Below are positions 48,201 through 56,640 of a stretch of DNA of 56,640 nt, in pieces; positions within the stretch are counted from its first letter, which is position 1, and each line of letters begins with the position of its first letter. A model generated the notes under the pieces. That model made no database searches. It saw only the letters and a list, made by a program, of their open reading frames with translations, and had not been told where the DNA came from. A program made the translations under genes and the position numbers. Source of the stretch: a virus (lineage: Duplodnaviria; Caudoviricetes); the IMG/VR virus record IMGVR_UViG_3300049715_000004, positions 1 to 56,640 of that record. One strand, given 5' to 3'.

Positions 48201-51200
48201 ACCACACACTATCTATAAATGAGTAATTAGCAGTAACCCAGCCACCTGATGGAACAATACCACCTGAGAATAAGACAGATGAATTTGCACCATATGATAA
48301 GGAATAGTCAGTAGAAGCATTTGCTGTATAAGAAAGGATATTTCCACTTCCATCACTGTGACTAACTATAAAATTACTTGGAATAGGAGAGTTTAACCAC
48401 GATACTTCTGTTGGGTAAAATATTGCTGTTCCACTTACATAGGTATAAGGCATAAGCCTTTCATTCGTTGTAGCTTTTGTATTATTACCATTGGAGTAGT
48501 TTTTAACAAGGTAAACATCTTGTTCAATTTGGGCATATGATGTTGGTGCTCCTCCAATTGTTTGAAGTTTTGCGTACCCACCTTCGTTATAGAAAGGTTC
48601 TCCAATATGGAACTCTACTGTAGATGCACCAAGAACATTTCCGCTTGTATCTAATAACCAATTGCTTCTATCAGGTGTCCAACCATAAGCACCTTGATAT
48701 TTAGGTTGAGAATCAGAACCTACATATGCATCACCAATAAAGTTTCCTGATGGGTAGATAAATGATATAATACCTATATCACCATTATTGATTGCATACA
48801 ACATGCTGTCATTAGGCGATATTGCAGTTGAGAGAACATTTGCTCCTGCATTTATCTGACCAACAAGAGTTTCAGTCGTCATATCCATAATTGCAATAAC
48901 ACCTGCTTGGCTCAATGCAATATATAAATATCCGTTTGCTCCTTTGTTTGGCTCTAATGTTAAACCTATTGGCTTATATCCAGTATGAACGCTTCTTACA
49001 TTTCCATTCCCCATAGGGAGGATATTGGATTCATCAAGTATGTAAATACTATCTGAACCTGCACATGATATAAAAATTTTCCTTGTTTTAGAGGACACTC
49101 TTACAAATGCACTACCGTTTCCAATAGGGATTTGGTTTATTATTTGATTATTAGCTAAACTAACAACCCATAAAACATTCAATAATCCATCTGCAACATA
49201 TAGCAATGTACCATCAGAACTTAAGCTAATACCTGTTGGATATGAACTACCTTGTACTATATTTATTGCTCCTATTATCTTTTGAGTATCCATATTAACA
49301 ATATAGACAATTCCTGCAATAGAACAAGAAACATACATTAAGTTTCCACTAACTGCATAGGCAAATGGAGATTCACCAACATATATTGTATTTACAACAG
49401 TAAATGTTGATAAATTAATAACTGAAATATTATCAGGTTCATTGGTGTCATTAATATCTCCGTTTAATACGAAAAGATTATTTCCATAAACATACATTTG
49501 GCTTGGAGAAGTACCAACTTTTACAGTACTTAGTGTCATATATTGAGTTAAATCAACCTTATATACTGAGTTGTCACCTACAACGCTCACATATCCAACA
49601 TTTGCAGATGGGTCAAAAACCATTGAGACAGGCTTTTTCCCTGCGATAGAAATACTGTTTTGATATGCGTAAGTAGTGTTATTATAAGCCCATACTTGAC
49701 TTCCTCCTACCTGAGAACTTTGTAACCCAAGTATTGTTTGACCTTGCTCATTCTGTCTCTTAATACCATATTGGTCAGACGAAACTAAGAAAAGTCCATT
49801 TAGAATTAAGTTGTCAGACTGAATAACACCAACATCTAAACCATCTACTCTTAGGTATCCACCACCAACTAAAGTTTCTCCTGTTAATCCATTGTAAACC
49901 TGAACTAGTTGTGCATCTAGACCAACAGTTGAAATGTGCTGTGCTGTAATGCTACCTGCCCTTATTAGGTCTCCTGTTATAGCACCTGCCATAATCCTAT
50001 CACTTGTGATAGCACCTGCTGATATAGTATTTGTTACTACCGCACCTGCTTTAAGTTGAAGTGTATCAATCGCACCTGCTTGAATCTTATCACCAGTTAT
50101 GGTTGAACCAATAATAGCACCACCACTAATAGTGTTTGCTTTAATTAGACCACCATTTAACTGACCTACATTAATAGTTCCTGCATCTACACTAACAATT
50201 TTTGCGGAAGTGATTGTTGCATCTTGTATTAGTGCGTTAGTTATATTACCGCTTGCAATATTAGCTGTCTTAATTTCCCCGACACCAATTTTTGCAGAAG
50301 TAATCACACCATCCGCTATATTGGCTGTCTGTATAACAGCATTGGCAAGAATACCTGATTGTGCAGTTATAGTTCCTACTTGCATTGATGAAGCAGTGAT
50401 TGTTCCTGTTGTTATTGTCGAACCATCAATTACTGTATTTCCTTGTGTTAAATACTGAGAAGGCACTACCTGTCTAATTAGTGAAGGTCTAATCCATTCT
50501 AGCATAACATTAGAATTTCCTGTGCTCTCAAAGTATTCAAGCACAATTGGGTAGAAACTACCTTGTGTTAATGAAATGTTACCTGTAACTGGTGCTCCGT
50601 TTGTTGCGTTCCAATTATTGATAATCTTATTATTGTTAATAGTTAATGTTGTTCCTTCATCTGCTGTGACTACAAATTGGAATGAGCCAGTTTCAGGGGC
50701 AGATACAAAGCCTTGCCACCTCATTGCATAATAATCATTCTGACCAACAAGACTTGGTGAGCTAGTACCCCAATTAAAATTAATAGTCGTGTCAATTTGA
50801 CTTCCTTTAAAAGTCTGGAATTTATTGCTTGCTCCTGCACTATATGTATAATACTGACCAAGTAAACCTTGTTGTAAAGTTCCTACAGTTAATTTAGTTG
50901 CATCAAGAGTACCTGCTACTATGTGATTTCCTGAGATTTGGCTAGCTTGGATTTGGTTTCCAACAATTGTATTTGCAGAAATATGTTGTGTTTGTATACT
51001 ATTTGCAGAAATTTGTTGAGATTGAATACTATTCGCACTAATATGCTGAGTTTGAATTTGGTTAGCAGAAATCATATTCGACAAAATAGAGTTAGCAGAA
51101 ATATGAGTTGCATTTATCTGATTTGCTGAAATCATATTTGCTAAGATGGAATTTGCAGATATGTGTCTAGCTTGAATTGAATTTGAACTAATAGCTATAC

Positions 51201-52083
51201 TAGTAATTGCGTTAGCAGTAATGTGAATTGCACCTATTGCATTTGCTGTAATGTGATTTGCAGAAATCATGTTTGCTATGATATGACTTCCAGAAATTTG
51301 ATTTGCTTGGATTTGATATCCTAGTATGCTATTTGATGATATGTGTTGTGTCTGAATTGCATTTGACTGTATCAATGAAGCGATTATACTATTTGCAGAT
51401 ATAGCATTAGTGGTAATAGCACCTGCTTGTATTTGACTAGCTATAATACTATTAGCAGAAATGTGTTGGGTTTGAACAGCATTAGCAGAAATCTGGACAG
51501 CAGTAACAGAATTAGCCTGTAGTTGTACAGAACTAATTGAATTTGCACTAATCAATGTTCCAGTAATAGCACCTGCTTGGATATTATTGGTAGTTATAGT
51601 ACCTGCTTGAATCTGTGAACCTTGGATGCTATTAGCTGAAATATGCTGAGTTTGAATAGCATTAGCTGAAATTGCAGAAGCCGTTATCGAATTTGCACTA
51701 ATCGCATATGCCGTAACTGAACCTGCTTGAAGGTGTTGTGCTTCAATAGAATTAACCCTTATGTGGTCAGAGTTTACAGTACCACTAGCCATATCACTTG
51801 GTGATACAATAGTAGGTGTATTTATATTAATTAACCCTGAGCCTGCTGTAGTTGTACTATCTCCTTTTGCAATTGGAGTACCATTCTGCCATTCCACTAC
51901 AACCCAATCTCCAACTTTAGGAATATAACTTCCTGCTACCCCTACTGATTCTAAAATGTAACTACTTCCACCCATATTCACATTTATTAATTTGTCTGTT
52001 AATACTTGAGACACTTCACCATAATCAAGATTTGTAGGATTTGCTGTGCTCTCATATTTTAGAAGTCTTTTACTAAAGTACAT
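45220..52083 (-). CDS. giant (2287 aa) central tail spike/adhesin: OB-like N-terminus, Ile-periodic repeats, PA14, YVTN-type beta-propeller, discoidin/CBM-like domains, fibre-like C-terminus
   Basis: PKVGDWVVV; 10-residue ISANSIxxxH repeats; PA14 (GLLGQYY..INFNWG..RWQG....DEG..L.I...LEYFE.TG....LEW); V.VG.SP blades; IDLG....I.EI.VWHYYAD.R.Y discoidin-like domain. Confidence 0.85.
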   Translation of the reverse strand: MYFSKRLLKYESTANPTNLDYGEVSQVLTDKLINVNMGGSSYILESVGVAGSYIPKVGDWVVVEWQNGTPIAKGDSTTTAGSGLININTPTIVSPSDMASGTVNSDHIRVNSIEAQHLQAGSVTAYAISANSITASAISANAIQTQHISANSIQGSQIQAGTITTNNIQAGAITGTLISANSISSVQLQANSVTAVQISANAVQTQHISANSIIASQIQAGAITTNAISANSIIASLIQSNAIQTQHISSNSILGYQIQANQISGSHIIANMISANHITANAIGAIHITANAITSIAISSNSIQARHISANSILANMISANQINATHISANSILSNMISANQIQTQHISANSIQSQQISANSIQTQHISANTIVGNQIQASQISGNHIVAGTLDATKLTVGTLQQGLLGQYYTYSAGASNKFQTFKGSQIDTTINFNWGTSSPSLVGQNDYYAMRWQGFVSAPETGSFQFVVTADEGTTLTINNNKIINNWNATNGAPVTGNISLTQGSFYPIVLEYFESTGNSNVMLEWIRPSLIRQVVPSQYLTQGNTVIDGSTITTGTITASSMQVGTITAQSGILANAVIQTANIADGVITSAKIGVGEIKTANIASGNITNALIQDATITSAKIVSVDAGTINVGQLNGGLIKANTISGGAIIGSTITGDKIQAGAIDTLQLKAGAVVTNTISAGAITSDRIMAGAITGDLIRAGSITAQHISTVGLDAQLVQVYNGLTGETLVGGGYLRVDGLDVGVIQSDNLILNGLFLVSSDQYGIKRQNEQGQTILGLQSSQVGGSQVWAYNNTTYAYQNSISIAGKKPVSMVFDPSANVGYVSVVGDNSVYKVDLTQYMTLSTVKVGTSPSQMYVYGNNLFVLNGDINDTNEPDNISVINLSTFTVVNTIYVGESPFAYAVSGNLMYVSCSIAGIVYIVNMDTQKIIGAINIVQGSSYPTGISLSSDGTLLYVADGLLNVLWVVSLANNQIINQIPIGNGSAFVRVSSKTRKIFISCAGSDSIYILDESNILPMGNGNVRSVHTGYKPIGLTLEPNKGANGYLYIALSQAGVIAIMDMTTETLVGQINAGANVLSTAISPNDSMLYAINNGDIGIISFIYPSGNFIGDAYVGSDSQPKYQGAYGWTPDRSNWLLDTSGNVLGASTVEFHIGEPFYNEGGYAKLQTIGGAPTSYAQIEQDVYLVKNYSNGNNTKATTNERLMPYTYVSGTAIFYPTEVSWLNSPIPSNFIVSHSDGSGNILSYTANASTDYSLSYGANSSVLFSGGIVPSGGWVTANYSFIDSVWFNKFNGSVEINIDQSTTTNSVTTFEIDEYVPKFVIVEDQQTSSFTPTSDGINQQYNGLILSTTTDQALNTASGNIIMSGGSTSYHYGGTNDKYDISRVVNGSLDTTNYFEAGSGNASVKIDLGITYMIGEIDVWHYYADSRKYHNTKTEVSADGVSWTSVFDSKVSGEYVETASGNTITFNPIPVRYVRDWVSGNTVDNINRWVAIKAKGDWIKDTSYKYPNQTPMTLNGSVIKTSVQGAYAQYTINTEYTTQWYYTFLKGQEFGVAQVFVDGTQMNYPVADGVNRFYLFQNSNANQPSFFKSAVPLKSGTHTITIYQSSGEINIDRLRFEDFQYYNRNSLQISNNSGSDFTRYKIVPTLTSNYVGQGRQTTDGAFDIPRVNPKTGMPDGSVALKYRFRVKNTLSNSNGSQGQGISYVTSAVFEKGKQSTNWRMSQSLDKLPSIRMEEWTPSKPTTTGVQTKHIANGAIQGEKIHAYSIDNHHISPFANIPEFKLALNYATHGHTNKSLLDSIAGYAGTSGNYGTGNTIARGDHIHPLASSTNAGFMDSNSYSKLQELIAVNSGNTNVSSTPTSGSSLAISSGWAYTHSNTLGIGAHVPTGGTSSTFLRGDGTWQPIVATVDTYVTGISGNGNGTLYLNQNNGQSQLTLDLSHTHSQYVLNNSNNQTVNTGFTVNGASYVGANNGSGALYVRTGTGTLGIQLAGDNLAQQSGVNSYINASGNANFSGTMTANAIAVTSTGLVNNLNAQMVNSIKEPQLAKNWSIAELGGKGVYTGTQVQAQSVPNMTVQLTSGTAYTNSGMRIIVSAGGSIAFATPSATYNRIDSVYIQGSSAGANEGVVTVLQGTAQASPVAPTIPSDGVLLANVTIRQNAGSILATDIADARIWKSLSVSGQNTYVNYTMYVNTIASTGGYINLGQPIKNTPSNNSVTIPVGQTSYTWTHNLNLPQYVVKLSCNSSEPHIYWSNKTANAITVNLDDACVNVVTIDIGIEAF
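50890..51790 (-). repeat. about 30 tandem 10-aa repeats (consensus I-S-A-N-S-I-x-x-x-H/Q)
   Basis: Ile every fifth residue; 15 copies of ISAN counted; degenerate at the DNA level. Boundaries are approximate. Confidence 0.9.
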
Positions 52084-52097
52084 TTGCTAACTCCTTT

Positions 52098-53768
52098 CTA
52101 CAAATAGTTACCGCTTATATCTTGATATCTAGGATAAGATAAGTTTACGGTTATTGGACTAGTTGTTGTTGATTTTGCTCCTTGCATTGTTATTGCTGTT
52201 ACCCTATATTGAAGATTAATTGAGTTTCCTGTCGTTCCTGCTTGTTTGTATTGGTCTAATACAGAAGCAGATGAATAATCATAAAAATAATTTACATTAA
52301 TACCTAAAGAATTAATATAAGATGGAATTGAAGCTATTGTTGTCCAAGTCCAGTTTGATACTATAGTATTACCTGCTGTGATGCTACTACCACTTGTTGG
52401 CGCATTAGCAGACAGTTGCGTTGCTCTCTCTATTACATATCCGCCAAAATTAGATGCGAGTGTGTTACCGCTTACATCTTTTGTTGGAGGTGTCCATTGC
52501 AACATAGGAAAATATGTATTCTTTTGATATCCATTCCATCCTGAGTTCGGATAGTTTTGAATTGACCTTGTTTGCATTTGAAATGATAGTGCTGTTGGTG
52601 GATTAGTCGCATTCCCTGAGTTTGCAAGAAATTTGTCATATTCTTGAAGTGTTAATTTAGTTCTTTTTCTATCCTTGGAATAACCATTATTAACTGTCAA
52701 CACTTTGAAAATGTCATTAGCTGAACTAGTACCTAATCTTGGATTATTAATCTGAACTATATCTCCTACTTGAACCAATGGATGGAGTGGAATTTCAGAT
52801 GTTTGATTTGGTCTAGCAAATTTCAAATCCCACAATATATTATTTGCTAATGCAACAGCCTGAGAAGCATCTGTTATCAAATCTGTAATTGACCTAGATA
52901 CTTCCATATATCTTCTTCCATACTTAGCTATTGACGATGCGTCTTGTGCAATAACAGGTGAGAAATTTTGAACTTTAACAACAATATAGTTCCTTACATC
53001 TGCATCTGTTATCTGTGATTCATCATCAGTTAAACTAGATTCATCTAATGTCATACTAACTGGAAGAGTTGTCCAATCCCTTATTACTGGTCTTAACAAC
53101 AAAGTTCCATCTTCCATAAATCTTAATTCTTGACTAGCTGTATCTGCTAATAGCTGACAAGCATCCCAAAGATTAGTATCACTAGCTGTATATGGCTGTG
53201 TTGGTCTACCAATCATAAACATAGTTGGTGTTTGAACTGAAAGTGTTATTCCCAATTCAGGAGCAAAAGTATTAAGCATATCCTGAATCACTTGTTCTAC
53301 TAAAAACAACGCATATGTAGGACTTTGATATATGTATTTGTCTTGTAGTAGTTTTGATTTATCTCTACATGATAGTTGTATTTGTGGTGATAGAGAACTT
53401 GCAGAAATATCATCACCAACATATGCTTCGAATTTTTTAATATATTCATAAGAGCCGTTGCTTTCTAGTATACCTTCAAATAGTTCTATTTTATGGTTTG
53501 AATCTAATATTGGGTCATAAACCCCACCTACTTGATTTATACTGCTAGTTCTGTTTTGTGGTGAATAGGTATAGTCATAATTGTCAATGACTAAATCCAT
53601 TCTTCCTCCCCTGCTCTCATAATCATGAGTTGTGTTATAGGATACTACCCTATCTGAAATATCAATTGGTACTGCACCACTTGTATTTCTAGTAAGTTGC
53701 GCCTTTATATTAAAATTACGAACTGTACTATTTAAAGCATTAGTATAAAAACTTGATGCTGATAACAT
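52098..53768 (-). CDS. baseplate hub / Tal-like tail protein with C-terminal FN3-like domain
   Basis: L.CRDKSKLL, RF.EDG.L, N.IVV, D.SSIAKYG.R, P.VQVGD.V; then LQWTPP...GY.IER...YRVTA. Confidence 0.75.
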   Translation of the reverse strand: MLSASSFYTNALNSTVRNFNIKAQLTRNTSGAVPIDISDRVVSYNTTHDYESRGGRMDLVIDNYDYTYSPQNRTSSINQVGGVYDPILDSNHKIELFEGILESNGSYEYIKKFEAYVGDDISASSLSPQIQLSCRDKSKLLQDKYIYQSPTYALFLVEQVIQDMLNTFAPELGITLSVQTPTMFMIGRPTQPYTASDTNLWDACQLLADTASQELRFMEDGTLLLRPVIRDWTTLPVSMTLDESSLTDDESQITDADVRNYIVVKVQNFSPVIAQDASSIAKYGRRYMEVSRSITDLITDASQAVALANNILWDLKFARPNQTSEIPLHPLVQVGDIVQINNPRLGTSSANDIFKVLTVNNGYSKDRKRTKLTLQEYDKFLANSGNATNPPTALSFQMQTRSIQNYPNSGWNGYQKNTYFPMLQWTPPTKDVSGNTLASNFGGYVIERATQLSANAPTSGSSITAGNTIVSNWTWTTIASIPSYINSLGINVNYFYDYSSASVLDQYKQAGTTGNSINLQYRVTAITMQGAKSTTTSPITVNLSYPRYQDISGNYL

Positions 53769-53779
53769 ATTCTCACCAC

Positions 53780-54844
53780 CTAACCTCTACTATTTTTTAT
53801 CCATATATTACCGAATCCGATATTGTCATAAGCTATATCTGCTTGTATATCTATTCCATACCACTCTTCATTACTAGGATTTCTTGTTATATTCAGAGAT
53901 TTTATCATAAGCATGTATTGAAACCCTTGTTCATCACTTACCATTACCTGACCATTCGATACTGCTGATTTTATTTGTTCAACATCCAATCTACAAGTAT
54001 TAAAGGTTATTTGCCTTATTGAATTACTTAACAATAAGAATGAATTATTACTATAATTTGAGTATGATATTGAAAGGATATTATTTAATCCTGTTTTTGC
54101 TTTGCATATAAGATTAAGATTCACATAATCAATAAATAAAATATCTTTTGTATCTGTTAGCACTCCCATATAATAGTTGCTATTTTTTTGATACATAAAT
54201 ATTGATGTATATCTCTTTTTTAATCCCGAAAGATTGCTACTGTAATCATCAAACTGAAAAATAAGCGATTTTGCACCTGTCGATGTGTTGATTGTGTATA
54301 TCTGACCATATGGGTTTAATGTAATAAAATTTGCATTATAATCCCATGCTATATCTTCAATGTACTTTGAATCGTCACTGTTATATATATATTTACGATT
54401 TGCAATCCCATTTTCGTCAGTTATTAATAGCTGATTCCCTGATGAGTTAGGATAGATAAAAGCCAATCCTGTATCCCAATCATTTATTGAAATTGGGTTT
54501 CCTGTTGGAAGTGTTACTCCATTACCACTAACAATTGTTTTTGTTCCAATTAAAGTATTGTCTTTTCCCTTAACATCAAATGCTCCACCAGTTTTTAATA
54601 GATACATATTTCCATTTACTCTTTTCTCTGAAACACCTATATAAGACCCTGTTATAGATGATGAGATTGCTTTAGTTGGCTTATCATAAATGTCAATTGA
54701 GAAACTTTGTGTTCCATTAAATAGTAGATTTGAATTTGAAATTAATCCGTTCACACCAATACCAACTGGATTTTGTGGAGACCAAGTTTTGCTTAATGAC
54801 TTTGGATTATATTTTAATGTGTAATTCCCTAATGTCCACCTCAT
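53780..54844 (-). CDS. Dit-like tail protein with beta-propeller insertion (paralog B)
   Basis: RWTLGNYTLKYNP N-terminus; blade-like repeats; similar to 54849-55844. Confidence 0.55.
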   Translation of the reverse strand: MRWTLGNYTLKYNPKSLSKTWSPQNPVGIGVNGLISNSNLLFNGTQSFSIDIYDKPTKAISSSITGSYIGVSEKRVNGNMYLLKTGGAFDVKGKDNTLIGTKTIVSGNGVTLPTGNPISINDWDTGLAFIYPNSSGNQLLITDENGIANRKYIYNSDDSKYIEDIAWDYNANFITLNPYGQIYTINTSTGAKSLIFQFDDYSSNLSGLKKRYTSIFMYQKNSNYYMGVLTDTKDILFIDYVNLNLICKAKTGLNNILSISYSNYSNNSFLLLSNSIRQITFNTCRLDVEQIKSAVSNGQVMVSDEQGFQYMLMIKSLNITRNPSNEEWYGIDIQADIAYDNIGFGNIWIKNSRG

Positions 54845-54848
54845 TTAA

Positions 54849-55844
54849 TTACCCCCTATCAATCTTAGAAGCTGTTATCTGAATATTATACATTGTTAAG
54901 TAACCTGCTACTCTATCTATTGAATAGTTTGAAACTGTTATTTTTCTTTTTACACCCATATCATCAATCATATATAGGAATCCATTATTTTTTATGTTTT
55001 GCTCTATTGTGTATAGGTCTACATATAATGTATTTCCATTTGTAAATATAAGCTGACTTCCAGTTTGTGTCATAAATATAAAATTAGCTCCATCATATTC
55101 AATATCTACTATTGGTGTATAATTTGGCAATGAGAATGCATTGACTATGTTTCCTGTAGTTCTATCAATATGATATGCTCCTGTAATATCAGAATTATTA
55201 AATGAAACTATTAAGTAGTTGTTTATGATTGTCATTCCTTTATATCCCAAATTATTCGGAGATATAGGTGGTAGATTCACAGATTTTAATATATTAAAGC
55301 TCGTATCTGTCTGATATAATATGTTATTCTTTGTAACAAACCACAGATTACCATTATCATACTGGACTCCTGTTATTTGGCTACTAGTTATAGTCGCTAT
55401 AGGACTAGAAGTATTTCCTGATGATGTAATGGTGCGAAGATTTTGAGTAACAGGTGAATCATCTAAAGCTATAATTGTTCCATTTGGTTCAACATCAAAT
55501 GCTATAAGATTATTTACATTTCCACTCATTATATTTGTTGATTTTATAAAGCCAAAATTTGAGTTATATTGGTCTACGCCTTTAGTGGTATTATTTAATA
55601 TATAGTAATTTCCACTTAACATTTTTACCCCACAACCATTTGGAACAGAAACCTGACTTAGTATTTTTGGCATACCCTGATAAAGAGTAGCTGAGAAATT
55701 GTATTGCTCTTGTAGGACTGTTGGTTGACTTATAAAAGTTCCATTTAAAGTTACTGCATTATCACCAATATAGTTTATTTGCTCACCATACTTATTAGGA
55801 TTAATAACAAATGTATAGCTTCCTAATTGCCATCTATCTGACAT
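54849..55844 (-). CDS. Dit-like tail protein with beta-propeller insertion (paralog A)
   Basis: RWQLGSYTFVINP N-terminus; G(V/I).YD.G.LW blades; directly follows the tape measure gene. Confidence 0.55.
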   Translation of the reverse strand: MSDRWQLGSYTFVINPNKYGEQINYIGDNAVTLNGTFISQPTVLQEQYNFSATLYQGMPKILSQVSVPNGCGVKMLSGNYYILNNTTKGVDQYNSNFGFIKSTNIMSGNVNNLIAFDVEPNGTIIALDDSPVTQNLRTITSSGNTSSPIATITSSQITGVQYDNGNLWFVTKNNILYQTDTSFNILKSVNLPPISPNNLGYKGMTIINNYLIVSFNNSDITGAYHIDRTTGNIVNAFSLPNYTPIVDIEYDGANFIFMTQTGSQLIFTNGNTLYVDLYTIEQNIKNNGFLYMIDDMGVKRKITVSNYSIDRVAGYLTMYNIQITASKIDRG

Positions 55845-55888
55845 TTACCTCACCCTTTCTTTTATACGTTAGGGAAAGAACCCCTACC

Positions 55889-56640
55889 TTAGTAGGAAGT
55901 TCCTTTCCATGACAAGTTGTTCATTCTTGTGTTTTTCTTAAACTCAGACATTGCTTTAGTTACAGCAGTTTCAACAACAGCTTCAATTCCTGCTTTGTCA
56001 TAGTTACCTCCACCATCAATATTTACATTAACAGTTAGGTTGATTCCACCACCACTACTTGTATTTGACCCTGCTTGCATTGCCCCATTCACAAGGTCAT
56101 CCAATTGCTTAGGTTGGAATATTGTTTCTGACTTTTGAAGAATTGCACTTAGTTCATTTGGTTTTAATCCTTGTGCTGATGCGAAGTTTGTAATACCTGC
56201 AATACCACCAGTATGATATAGATACTGAGAACCTACATAACCAGTTCTACCACCATATCCTACTTTTGCCCATCCGTTTTCCATTCCGTAGTATGTTACT
56301 GCGCCACCTTGAGGAATAACAGACATAACATTGTTACCATAACCTGCACTACTTCTGAAATTCAATGCAGTTCTAACATGCTTGATTGCACCACCGACTC
56401 CGCCACCGCCTGAACCTCCTCCGCCCCATCCTGTTACATACTGAGCACTTACCCATTGGTTTCCACCTAGATTAATGAATCCATTTTGCTCACTATATGC
56501 TAACCAAGATGTACCTGCAGGCAACAATCTGATTCTTGATGATTGATTTGCATCAGGAGAACTATGCAACCACACATTTGCTGTAGTTCTTACAGTCTGA
56601 GCACTTCCACCTACAGATGTAGTTGGAGGTGGTGAACTAG
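55889..56640 (-). CDS. C-terminal part of the tape measure protein with two SH3b-like domains (gene continues beyond the window)
   Basis: Frame is open to the window edge; TTANVWLHS..P and TALNFRSSAG...GWAKV...TGYV SH3b-like repeats; YHTGG...E..AILQ..E.I and NLTVNVNI terminal motifs of TMPs. Confidence 0.75.
   Translation of the reverse strand, partial: SSPPPTTSVGGSAQTVRTTANVWLHSSPDANQSSRIRLLPAGTSWLAYSEQNGFINLGGNQWVSAQYVTGWGGGGSGGGGVGGAIKHVRTALNFRSSAGYGNNVMSVIPQGGAVTYYGMENGWAKVGYGGRTGYVGSQYLYHTGGIAGITNFASAQGLKPNELSAILQKSETIFQPKQLDDLVNGAMQAGSNTSSGGGINLTVNVNIDGGGNYDKAGIEAVVETAVTKAMSEFKKNTRMNNLSWKGTSY

Noticed and set aside
50890-51790. 30-bp periodic DNA as a CRISPR or non-coding array
   Set aside because: In-frame, synonymous-degenerate coding repeats within the tail protein.
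40356-52083. Diversity-generating retroelement or invertible tail-fibre cassette
   Set aside because: No reverse transcriptase, invertase or TR/VR pair seen; an exhaustive repeat search was not possible by eye.
634-53968. Plus-strand ORFs in the supplied track and the nested ORF 38366-38587
   Set aside because: They are shadows of well-supported minus-strand genes, with no recognisable motifs.
1-56640. tRNA or rRNA genes
   Set aside because: Intergenic gaps are short and none showed a cloverleaf or T-loop pattern; tRNAscan-SE would confirm.

Overview
AT-rich (roughly one-third GC by eye) segment of a large tailed phage or phage-plasmid of a Bacillus-like host, judged from GGAGG RBSs, sigma-A promoters and Firmicutes-type lysin and tail domains. 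Almost all genes are on the minus strand. Reading right to left: the C-terminal end of the tape measure protein, tail-tip/adhesion genes including a 2287-aa multi-domain protein, a lysis cassette, PhoH, a replication initiator containing iterons, RecA/DnaB/DnaG/SSB/dUTPase, a DnaE polymerase split by a 1047-nt group I intron (25176-26222) carrying a LAGLIDADG endonuclease, a sigma factor, nucleotide-metabolism genes, a class II RNR, a patatin operon, ERF/RusA, a five-gene glycan cassette (2 GT4 glycosyltransferases, 2 FkbM-like methyltransferases, 1 sugar nucleotidyltransferase), and a small operon with VirB2/VirB6/PrgI-like conjugation-type membrane proteins. The best candidates for new biology are (i) a phage-encoded virion glycosylation system, because the glycan cassette coincides with marked S-G-N / S-A-N motif enrichment in the tail proteins, and (ii) conjugation-type genes in a tailed-phage genome. 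All family assignments come from motif recognition by eye; no searches were run.
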